64,000 nucleotides of DNA, taken from the NCBI GenBank assembly GCA_964484205.1, contig CAZAEZ010000009.1, forward strand, positions 24,035-88,034, given 5' to 3'. Below, one piece after another: positions 25,629 to 33,885 of this stretch. The notes under the pieces are model-generated. The model saw nothing but the letters and a program-made list of their open reading frames with translations, was not told where the DNA came from and ran no database searches. How positions within the stretch are numbered: the first letter of the stretch is position 1; every line of letters starts with the position of its first letter. A program made the translations under genes and the position numbers. The stretch is from an uncultured Saprospiraceae bacterium (GTDB lineage Bacteria; Bacteroidota; Bacteroidia; Chitinophagales; Saprospiraceae).

Positions 25629-26963
25629 TTACGCCGCCACCATTTCCGCCCGCGGTTTCCAGTTCGTCATTTGCTCGGTGATAAAATCGAGCGCCTGGCT
25701 CCAGGCTTCTTGCAGCCGGTCGGTGTACAGCGCACCCATTTCCTCCCGGATCGTTTCGAGCAGCACTTCTTTGACGATGGGATAATACTCGGGCCGGACC
25801 CCGTAGCGCTCGTGACTTTTCCCCAGCGCTTTCAGGCCCATAACCAGAAACTCGGGACGGCTGAGCGAGTACACGATGCCGCCCAGCATGTGCGTGAGCA
25901 GGCGCCCCTGTGCAGCCATGTCGTTTTTGAACAGTGCCCGCACGCCCGGCGCCCGGGTAAATACTTTTTCGTAAAAGCGTTCGGCAAAGCGCTCCTCGTT
26001 CTTCAGGATCAGGTCGAGTGACGATTGCAGTTCGAGGTTCATGTCGGTTTTCAAAAAACCTTTTACTTCGTACAGTTCGGATTCAAAATCCTTGCCCGCC
26101 AATTGTTTGCGGAGCACTTTGCCGATATCGACCGTGTCTTCCGGCAAACTTTTCAGGATTGATTTGGAAATAAGAATCGTAGCGTCGGCCTCCTTGGTGC
26201 AGCCCTGGATGCGGCTGGCCATGTTGATGGGGTCGCCCAACACAGTAAACTGCCGGTGCTTGGGATGGCCGAGGTGGCCGATGAAGGCTTTGCCGAAATT
26301 GATGCCGATGCCGACCCGGAATTTCGTGTCAAAATCTTTGAGTTCGAACGCGTTGAGCCGCTCAATGGCGTATTGCATACCCAGGGCGGCGCGTACGGCA
26401 TCGTGGCAATTTTTTTCGCGCGACCCGCCGGAAGTGCCGAAAATGCCGATGATCTCGTCGCCGACGTACTGGTAAATGATGCCGTTGTTCATCAGGATGG
26501 GGTCGCCCAGCACGGTGTAAAACCGGTTGATCATGTGGGCCAGATCAAAGGGCAGGTTTTGCGACGTGAGGCGAGTAAAGTCGCGCATGTCGCAAAACAG
26601 GGTGGCGATGCTGCGCACCTCCGCCTCACCCTCGGGGATGGTTTCCAGTTGCAGTTTGTTGACTTCGGCGCTGGCCCAAACCAGGCGCTGGATCGCCACG
26701 TCGCCTTTGGGATAGCACTGGCAGGCCAGGCGGATGGAGGGGTCCCATTTGCGCAGGTGCGCGGTGTCACGCTCCAGTCCCGTGCGGGGCGAGAGATTCT
26801 GGTGCCCTTCGACAATCCGTATCCGGCAGGTGGTGCAGCGGCCGTTGCCGCCGCATTCGTGGAGGTGCGGGATTTTGTGTTGCAGGGAAATGTCGAGCAG
26901 GGTGGAATCCGGGTCATCGGATTCGACGAGTTGGTTGATACCGGTGTAGAGAATTTTTGCCAT
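25629..26963 (-). CDS. 2Fe-2S ferredoxin / class III adenylate-guanylate cyclase / globin fusion protein
   Basis: N-terminal 'CGGNGRCTTCRIRI ... LACQC' (plant-type Fer2 cysteines). Cyclase motifs 'ATLFCDMRDFTRL', 'GDEIIGIFG', 'RVGIGINFGKAFIGHLG', 'TVLGDPINMASRIQ'. C-terminal globin-like 'FAERFYEKVFTRAPGVRALF ... LGKSHERYGV'. Confidence 0.8.
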   Translation of the reverse strand: MAKILYTGINQLVESDDPDSTLLDISLQHKIPHLHECGGNGRCTTCRIRIVEGHQNLSPRTGLERDTAHLRKWDPSIRLACQCYPKGDVAIQRLVWASAEVNKLQLETIPEGEAEVRSIATLFCDMRDFTRLTSQNLPFDLAHMINRFYTVLGDPILMNNGIIYQYVGDEIIGIFGTSGGSREKNCHDAVRAALGMQYAIERLNAFELKDFDTKFRVGIGINFGKAFIGHLGHPKHRQFTVLGDPINMASRIQGCTKEADATILISKSILKSLPEDTVDIGKVLRKQLAGKDFESELYEVKGFLKTDMNLELQSSLDLILKNEERFAERFYEKVFTRAPGVRALFKNDMAAQGRLLTHMLGGIVYSLSRPEFLVMGLKALGKSHERYGVRPEYYPIVKEVLLETIREEMGALYTDRLQEAWSQALDFITEQMTNWKPRAEMVAA

Positions 26964-27167
26964 TTGACGTTGGTTTTGCGCTGAAACAGGAGGGAAACAA
27001 GTTTTCAGAATCGGTTGTCTTCGACAAACTTCGGCCCCGGGCCGGTCAAAACCGTGTGCAAATGATTGGTTGGCGGGTAGTCATGCGTAAAGCAACTGCT
27101 TCATTGAGCAACGCATTTAATGATGGACCATTCATCATTAAAAAACGTGAGTTTTGGATAGATTTTT

Positions 27168-27350
27168 CAGATGTCTCCCTCCGGTCGACATGACAAAGCA
27201 CTGATAATAAAAAAGTTAAACAGGTTTCTCGCTACGCTCGAAACTCCCCCAAGCGTAGTTGAAGTTTCGAGCGTAGCGAGAAACCTGATAAAACCAGTTT
27301 CTTAATAGCATTTTGTCATGTCGACCCCGCCCTGCGGGGGAGACATCTGA
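27168..27350. repeat. family B nested-palindrome element, copy 1
   Basis: Outer arms: cagatgtctccctccggtcgacatgacaa ... ttgtcatgtcgaccccgccctgcgggggagacatctga. Inner arms: caggtttctcgctacgctcgaaac ... gtttcgagcgtagcgagaaacctg. It lies in the divergent intergenic region 26964-27493. Confidence 0.9.
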
Positions 27351-27493
27351 AAACCATCTGATATAGCATTCTCTGTTGAAGTGAATTATCAATCCTATCC
27401 AAAAATCACGTTAAAAAAGCCTGCTGCTGGTTTTTTCAAACAGATATGAGCACATTTGCGGCGCGAAAAGCATACAAACAAACACGCATAGCT

Positions 27494-28087
27494 ATGAAAA
27501 AAGCACTCCTGATTCTTGCAGCAATCGTGGGGATATCCACGCTCACCTTTTCCCAGCGCGAAGAAACCCTGGCCAACAGTTCCGGCATCAAAGGCGGTTT
27601 CGGCGGCCCGTTTTTTATATTCAGCACAGCCGACGGCAATGCGGGCGGCGGCGCCGGCGGGGGTGGCGCGTTCATCATCAACGACTTTTTCATCGGGGGC
27701 TACGGCCAGGGCGAATCGTTTGGCCGACGGCGCTACAACAACCGCAACTACGACGTGACCCTGGGCTCCGGGGGCTTTTGGCTGGGCTATGCCTATCCGT
27801 CGCATAAAGTGCTTCATATCTACACTTCCCTCAAATTAGGTTGGGGGACGGCTGCCCTGCGGCGCCCGGGCGGCGACAACTTTGAAGACGATATAACCGA
27901 CGGCGTGTTTATGGTCGCGCCGGAGATCGGCGCCGAGGTGAACCTCTTGCACTGGTTCCGGCTGGCTTTTTCGGGCGGGTACCGGGTAGTGGGCGGCCTG
28001 CATGGCCTGCCCGGTTTTTCCACGAATGATTTTAACAGCCCTACGCTGGCGATTACGCTGCGGTTTGGGGCGTTTGGGTATAAGTGA
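27494..28087 (+). CDS. hypothetical outer-membrane beta-barrel-like protein (Gly-rich)
   Basis: ATG 27494 gives the signal peptide 'MKKALLILAAIVGISTLTFSQ'. G-rich alternating strands. Terminal 'LAITLRFGAFGYK' has an aromatic end. Confidence 0.55.
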   Translation: MKKALLILAAIVGISTLTFSQREETLANSSGIKGGFGGPFFIFSTADGNAGGGAGGGGAFIINDFFIGGYGQGESFGRRRYNNRNYDVTLGSGGFWLGYAYPSHKVLHIYTSLKLGWGTAALRRPGGDNFEDDITDGVFMVAPEIGAEVNLLHWFRLAFSGGYRVVGGLHGLPGFSTNDFNSPTLAITLRFGAFGYK

Positions 28088-28102
28088 AATCGGGCTAATC
28101 GG

Positions 28103-29411
28103 CTAATTTTGGATCAGGAGCTTATGCACGGCGCGTTCTTTGTTCCAGGTCAATTCCAGTACATACATGCCATTTGCCAGGCTGGGCGGGAGCTGTATGC
28201 CTGCTTCCAGTTCCGGTTTTGCAAGCAGGCTGCTCAGCACGGTACGACCCTGCATATCGCGAAGTGTCAGTTGCATTGTTTCCGGGAAACCGGTGTTGGG
28301 GAACTGGAAATAGACCATGCTTTGCCGAACCGGGTTGGGGTAGATTTTCAGCAATTGCGCCTGATTTTTTTCGACAAGGGAAGTTGTTTTGCTCAGCCGG
28401 ATTTTACCAATCAGCATATTATCCTGACCCAACTTACGATAGTAGCCGGAAATATATATGCTTTCCGAGTCCAGGGTATGGATCTGATTTATTTGATAAA
28501 GGGGGTTGGGGAGCCATTGTTGCGAGGTATAAATGCCTGCCATCCCAAAATATAGAGTCTGGAACACCGTTTTCCGTAAAACGCACCAGCCCAAAGTACG
28601 AATGGTCGCCTCCAGCCTCATCAACGATACCGAAATAGTACTGGTTTTGAATCTTGAGGATATCAACAACTTCTGCGGTGCCCGAAACGGAACCGATAGT
28701 TTCCAGGAAACGGCCGTTTTCGCCAAATGCCATGTCCGGGCTGCCATCCGGAAGCAATCGGATTAAAAAAGTGTACAGGGGTTCCGGGATAAGCCAGGTG
28801 GGTGTAACTGTGCCTGCCAACAGGATTTTATTGTCATTTTCGATGAATAGCGCCGTTGCGCGCCCTCTGCTTTGCGGCAGTTCCAACATGCCGTTAACCC
28901 CGAAACCGGGATCGGGCTGCCCGTCGGGCGACGTGAATATTGTGCGAGCAAAGATCGTCAACGTAGTAATTGCCCGGATAGGGACTGTACGAACCGCCAC
29001 TCAATATATACCCGGCGGAGTGACGCAACCACCCATCAAAACCCGGTCGGTATCGTACAGTGTTGCTGCCAGGCAACTGTCCTGCTGATAGCCCAGGTCA
29101 ATCCGGATTTGTCCTTCGGGCCCGGCAAGTGTATCGAATTGGCCGTCTTTAAGCAGCCGGACCAGGGCGAAATCGGTGCCTTCCAGACCGTGCGAGTAGC
29201 CGGCCAACAGAATTTTTCCATTTTCCAAAAACATGGACGCAACGCAACGGTCTTCCCGGCCTTCGAAATCGCAGCCTGTGACTGCCGGCCAGTATGTTCC
29301 TGTAATCCCCTCGAAAGAAGTTGGAACACCAAACGTGGAGTCCGGAACCTGGGCTGATGTGGCGAGTTGGAACAGGGTGGTTAGGAGTAAGGGGAGTGAG
29401 AAGTGTTTCAT
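28103..29411 (-). pseudogene. decayed T9SS cargo gene (delta-60/beta-propeller-like repeats plus Por C-terminal domain) with an in-frame TGA and a frameshift
   Basis: ORFs 29001-29411 and 28434-29000 are in the same frame, separated only by TGA (29001-29003). ORF 28103-28747 continues in another frame, with the switch near ~28540 ('GVPDSIFWDG' then 'AGIYTSQQ'). It starts with the signal peptide 'MKHFSLPLLLTTLFQLATSAQ' and ends with the T9SS tail 'KIYPNPVRQSMVYFQF...GMYVLELTWNKERAVHKLLIQN'. Confidence 0.65.
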
Positions 29412-29655
29412 GAGAAATTAGACGTTTAAATTGATCCCTACTCTGGTTGTTTTACCCGGCCATTTCGGTGCTACCGGGGGCTTTCAGGGGCGGATTAGGG
29501 CAGTAGTTCGCGCTACAGCCTTTTTTTTGTATAATTTCCCATCCCGACGAGAGCAACCTCGCTTCCGGCAGATATCATCCTCCCACTCAAGCCCAAGGCC
29601 CGAGTACAGAAAGGGTTACCAAAATCTGGCTGAAAAACTGGTTGAGAACCGGGGA

Positions 29656-29823
29656 TTAAGAGCGTGTTTAAATTTTCCTGCCGGAGGCAAAAAGAGCAGA
29701 TTTTAGAGGCAGGCGAATCTCATTTTTAGGTGCATAGCCGGGGTTCTGTGCCTAAAAATAGGTGAAGCATGGCGCTAAAAGATGCCTTTTTGGCCCGGTG
29801 AGGGAAATTTAAACACGCTCTAA
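29656..29823. repeat. unique long imperfect palindrome
   Basis: ttaagagcgtgtttaaattttcc ... ggaaatttaaacacgctctaa, with an inner hairpin atttttaggtgca...tgcctaaaaat. It lies in the 626-bp divergent intergenic region. Confidence 0.8.
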
Positions 29824-30037
29824 AGGTTTTCTTGCGCGGGATTAAACTTACCGGACAGAGGATTCCGGCCATAGTATAAATTGGATGGTTATCAAATGTA
29901 CAAATTCCCGCTTTATACCCCAAACTCAATTGTGTTAAACGTTCTCCCGGGGGGGATATCACTAAAAACCAATACTTTGAAATAATGTCAATTTTGAAAT
30001 ACACGCCGGCGCCCATGCCGAAAACAACCGACTGCGC

Positions 30038-30883
30038 ATGCAAAAACGCCTGACATTTGCCTGCTTCCTGCTGCTTTGCGTTGCCAGCCAACTCATCGCC
30101 CAACCCCTCACCGCCATCACCTACAACATCCGCTACGCCACTGAAAACGACGGCGCCGACGCCTGGTCAAAACGCCGCGACTTCCTGGCCGCCCAACTGC
30201 GCTTCCACAAACCCGATGTATTCGGCGTGCAGGAAGCCCTGAAACCCCAACTCGACTACCTGCTCGAACAATTGCCCGAATACGCCTGCGTGGGCGTGGG
30301 CCGCGACGACGGCCGGGAAGGCGGCGAATACTCCGCGCTTTTTTACCGTACCGACCGCTTCCGGGCGCTCGAATCCGGCACCTTCTGGCTCTCGGAAACG
30401 CCCGACAAGCCCTCCAAGGCCTGGGACGCCGCACTGCCCCGCATTTGCACCTGGGCACTGCTCGAAGACACGGCCTCCGGCCAAAAACTGCGGGTGTTCA
30501 ACACGCATTTCGACCACATCGGGCAACTGGCGCGGCAAAATTCAGCAGCCCTGATTTTGAAAAAAACCGTAGAAATGAACACCGGTGGCGAGCCGGTTGT
30601 CGTCATGGGCGATCTGAACAGTGAACCCGATGCCGACCCCATCGCCTTGCTGTCCGAAACGCTGCGCGATGCGCACGACCACAGCCTGGAGCCGCCCTTC
30701 GGCCCCGAAGGCACCTTCAACGGCTTCAAGTTCCATGAGCCGGTCAGTCGGCGGATCGATTACATTTTTGTGTCGCCCGGGCTCCGGGTGCTGCAATACG
30801 CCGTGCTGAGCGATTCGCGCGACTGCCATTACCCTTCCGATCACTTGCCGGTACTCGCGCGCCTGGATTGGGATCGGGATTAA
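30038..30883 (+). CDS. endonuclease/exonuclease/phosphatase (EEP) family protein, secreted
   Basis: Signal peptide. 'TYNIRY', 'DVFGVQEA', 'NTHFDH' and the terminal 'SDHLPVLARL' are EEP catalytic motifs. Confidence 0.85.
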   Translation: MQKRLTFACFLLLCVASQLIAQPLTAITYNIRYATENDGADAWSKRRDFLAAQLRFHKPDVFGVQEALKPQLDYLLEQLPEYACVGVGRDDGREGGEYSALFYRTDRFRALESGTFWLSETPDKPSKAWDAALPRICTWALLEDTASGQKLRVFNTHFDHIGQLARQNSAALILKKTVEMNTGGEPVVVMGDLNSEPDADPIALLSETLRDAHDHSLEPPFGPEGTFNGFKFHEPVSRRIDYIFVSPGLRVLQYAVLSDSRDCHYPSDHLPVLARLDWDRD

Positions 30884-30911
30884 ACTGATGCCCGATTTCC
30901 CAACCCGAACA

Positions 30912-31083
30912 GTGAAATCCGTGTGAATCCGCAAAGCGCCGAAGGCGAATCCGTGGTATCCGCGTTCTAATTTTTCTAAGAGCATGTTGGGAATGTATAA
31001 TTGTATATCCGAGCGCGTAGGAATAGAACGCCGATGAGGCGGATTCGCCTTCGGCGAAACACGGATTTTCGCGGATTTTGAAT
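30912..31083. repeat. long imperfect palindrome between convergent genes
   Basis: gtgaaatccgtgtgaatccgcaaagcgccgaaggcgaatccg ... cggattcgccttcggcgaaacacggattttcgcggattttgaat. The gccgaaggcg/cgccttcggc core also occurs inside family A copy 3. Confidence 0.75.
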
Positions 31084-31092
31084 TGGCAAGCC

Positions 31093-32211
31093 TCAGATTT
31101 TCAAAAACGTTCGCGTAGCCACCTGGCCGTTTTTTCCAAAAATGCGCACCCAGTGCAAACCCGGCGCCCAACGTCCGGCCGGTAAATCCACCTGCCGCTT
31201 GTGCTGTACGTGCTGTTCCGCGATCAGTTTACCAAACACATCAAAAATCTGCACGCACGCCAGCGGCGTTTCCAGCGATTCGATGTGCAGCACATCCCGG
31301 ACCGGCGAGGGGTACAGCCGCACCGGCAGCGGTGCAGGGGGGGTGGGGGCCGCCGACAATTCCTGGAACAGCACCACCTCGTCGACCAAAATATTGAAGA
31401 GGATAACCTGCTCCTTCGCATCGATCATAACCGGCCCGGCAACGTCAATTTTGAAATCCGTCCAAAAGGTGTCGGGCCGCACGATAATATCCTCGATGAT
31501 AAACTGCACCACACCCAACGGACGGGAATATGTCAGCGCCGGCTGGCCTTTCCCGGCAGCGCCGTATTCGACCCTGCCTGGCGGCACGGCGCGCGCATCG
31601 GCAAACCCGGTTGCACCGGCGGCAAACAAAAGATCGGTTACAGTGTCGGGGAAAAACACCACCGTCAGGCTGTCTTTTACCAGCATTTCGTCAAACTCAA
31701 GGGTAAATGCCACTCCCAGCGGCGATTCATCGACCGGCAGTCCGAGCGGGTGAACGTAGGAAATATGGAGCCGGAGCGTATCCTGCACCGTAGCCGTATC
31801 GGGCTCAAACGTGAACACCAGGCGGGGCAGGGCCGACAAAAAAGCGGTATCCGGTGGCGTCCAGGGCATGGGCGGCGGCTGGCTGTCCAGGTGTGTGCTG
31901 TCGTAGTTCAGTTGCAGTGCTTCCACATCTTCGGTGGTTACCAGCCCGTCGCCGTCGCAGTCGGAAAAGCCGTAATTGACCATCGTGCCGGGCAAGCCGC
32001 CGATCCAGAATTCGAAGGGCTTGAGCATCCAGTCGATGCCCTGAAAAGGCAGTTCGCGGGGCGGACCTTCCTGGCCGAAACTCAAGCCGATAGCCAGCAC
32101 ATCGAGGTGGTCCACACGGCCGTCGTTGTTGGCGTCGCCGGGGCGCAGGAGTTGGGCCTGGAGGCTAAGTGGAAAAAAGAGCAGCAAACAAAGACCTGTT
32201 TTCATAAGCAT
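31093..32211 (-). CDS. T9SS-secreted protein with dockerin-like Ca-binding repeats
   Basis: Signal peptide. 'GDANNDGRVDHLDVLAIG' and 'DCDGDGLVTTEDVEALQLN' are dockerin/EF-hand-like. The C-terminus 'RLYPSPVRDVLHIESL...GLHWVRIFGKNGQVATRTFLKI' is a Por sorting-domain pattern. Confidence 0.75.
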   Translation of the reverse strand: MLMKTGLCLLLFFPLSLQAQLLRPGDANNDGRVDHLDVLAIGLSFGQEGPPRELPFQGIDWMLKPFEFWIGGLPGTMVNYGFSDCDGDGLVTTEDVEALQLNYDSTHLDSQPPPMPWTPPDTAFLSALPRLVFTFEPDTATVQDTLRLHISYVHPLGLPVDESPLGVAFTLEFDEMLVKDSLTVVFFPDTVTDLLFAAGATGFADARAVPPGRVEYGAAGKGQPALTYSRPLGVVQFIIEDIIVRPDTFWTDFKIDVAGPVMIDAKEQVILFNILVDEVVLFQELSAAPTPPAPLPVRLYPSPVRDVLHIESLETPLACVQIFDVFGKLIAEQHVQHKRQVDLPAGRWAPGLHWVRIFGKNGQVATRTFLKI

Positions 32212-32256
32212 TGGGTTGAATTTGTTCCGAAAGTTAGCAATTTAGCGCCATACCGT

Positions 32257-33699
32257 ATGCACCAGAGCAAGCTCATCGATGTGTTGCGCCATTTTTCCAG
32301 CCGCCAACTGACCCGGTTCCGGGACTTTCTGGAGTCGCCGTATTTCAACCACTCGACTGAATTGGCGGTGTTTTTTGACTTTCTGGCCAAATATGCCCCC
32401 GACTTTCAACACCCGGCCCTGGAAAAAGCAGCCGTACTTCGGTCCTTCAAATCCGAAAAGCCGCTGACGGCCAAACGGCTGGTCTATTTCATGAACCAAC
32501 TGCAACAACTCGCCGAGGCATTTCTCGCAATCGAGTACTTTCGGGCCGATGATCTGGAAGAAGCCATGGCCCTGCTGCAGGTACTCGACCCCGATGCCCT
32601 GCCCCGGCACTACAAGTTCGCCCTGGACAAAGCGGTGCAAGCGCTGGAAAAAAATCCGCTCCGCAATGCCGCCTACTACCTCAACGCGTTCCGGCTCAAA
32701 GCCATCCGCTACGACCACACCGACCTGCAACAACACCAGTTCCATAAACCCCTGCAGGAAGCCTCCGACGCGCTCGACGATTTTTACCTGGTGGAAAAAC
32801 TGCGCTACGGCTGGGCCATGGCCGCCGGCGAATACGTGCTCAACGTGCGCTACCAATGGAACCTGGGCGACCGGGTACTGGACTACCTGTTGCAAAACGA
32901 TCCGCCGCTCAACCCTACCGCTCAAATCTATTTGGCCGGTATCCGGCTGGTGAAGGAGCCGGAAAACACAGCCCATTTTTTTCATTTAAAAAACCTGCTG
33001 GAACAGCATGAAAACCGCTTCAGCGAGCCGGAGCAAAAACAACTGTACACCGGGCTGCTGAACTACTGCACCCGCCGGATCAACCGGGAAAACGACCCGC
33101 AATTTTCTACGGAATACCTCGAAATCAATAAAAAACTATTGGCCAACGGCCTGCTGTTTGAAAACGGCGAACTCTCGCCCTGGCGGTTTATCAACCTCGT
33201 GAACACCGGCCTGCGCACCGGACAGACCACCTGGGTCGGCGATTTCATCCGCCAATACCGGAAGTATTTACCGGAAGTGTACGCCGACGACGTTACCCGG
33301 ATTGTGCGCGGCCAATACCACTACCACCTCGGCGAATACGGCCAGGCCCAGGTACTGCTCAACCAGGTCAATCCGCCCAATGTGCTGCTGGCCGTCACCA
33401 TTCGCAACCTGCTCGCCCGCATCTATTACGAAACCGGCGAAACAGAATTGCTGCTTTCCCACCTCGAAGCCTACCGGGTGTACCTCCTGCGCCAGGAACT
33501 GCTCAGCCCGCAAATGAAGCAGCAGGCCCGGCACTTTGTGGATTTCACCAGAAAACTGACTAAAATTGATAAGCCGGAGGCCGGGCAATTGCCCAAACTG
33601 AAAAAGATACTGCCCGCCACCGCAGAAATTTATCACCGCGACTGGCTGCTGGAGCAGATCGAGCGGAAAATGGAGGCTTTCGGTTTGGGGGCTAGTTAA
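32257..33699 (+). CDS. helical-repeat (TPR-like) protein of unknown function, paralog 1
   Basis: ATG 32257 ('MHQSKLIDVLRHFSSRQLTRFRDFLESPYFN'). The upstream part of the 832-aa track ORF is an antisense shadow of the 31093-32211 gene. Clear paralogy to 39483-40880 (shared 'SPY', 'NYCTRRIN/NFCIRRIN', 'LFENGELSPW/LLENGSLSRW', 'IYYE'). Confidence 0.75.
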   Translation: MHQSKLIDVLRHFSSRQLTRFRDFLESPYFNHSTELAVFFDFLAKYAPDFQHPALEKAAVLRSFKSEKPLTAKRLVYFMNQLQQLAEAFLAIEYFRADDLEEAMALLQVLDPDALPRHYKFALDKAVQALEKNPLRNAAYYLNAFRLKAIRYDHTDLQQHQFHKPLQEASDALDDFYLVEKLRYGWAMAAGEYVLNVRYQWNLGDRVLDYLLQNDPPLNPTAQIYLAGIRLVKEPENTAHFFHLKNLLEQHENRFSEPEQKQLYTGLLNYCTRRINRENDPQFSTEYLEINKKLLANGLLFENGELSPWRFINLVNTGLRTGQTTWVGDFIRQYRKYLPEVYADDVTRIVRGQYHYHLGEYGQAQVLLNQVNPPNVLLAVTIRNLLARIYYETGETELLLSHLEAYRVYLLRQELLSPQMKQQARHFVDFTRKLTKIDKPEAGQLPKLKKILPATAEIYHRDWLLEQIERKMEAFGLGAS

Positions 33700-33701
33700 T
33701 T

Positions 33702-33873
33702 CACCACGGAGGCACGGAGGACACGGAGTTTCGCCTTCGGCGAAAATTATCAAGACAGGATTTACAGGATTTTCAAGATTGCGGTGCTTAATCCTGTTGT
33801 TCATGTAAATCCTCGTCAAATTAAAAAATCCGCCGAAGGCGGAAAACTCCGTGCCCTCCGTGCCTCCGTGGTG
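33702..33873. repeat. family A palindromic intergenic element, copy 3
   Basis: caccacggaggcacggaggacacggag ... ctccgtgccctccgtgcctccgtggtg, with an inner tcgccttcggcga / tccgccgaaggcgga pair. It lies between convergent stops (33699 and 33886). Confidence 0.9.
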
Positions 33874-33885
33874 AAAAATCAAAAC

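Noticed and set aside
29001-29003. In-frame TGA as selenocysteine or another recoding event.
   Set aside because: The same gene has a second lesion (the frameshift near 28540). No SECIS-like hairpin is obvious immediately downstream, and the protein family is not a known selenoprotein. Pseudogenisation or sequencing error is the simpler explanation.
31201-32256. N-terminal 350 aa of the 832-aa track ORF 31201-33699.
   Set aside because: This part is antisense to the well-supported T9SS gene 31093-32211 and has shadow-frame composition. Homology to the paralog 39483-40880 begins only at ATG 32257.
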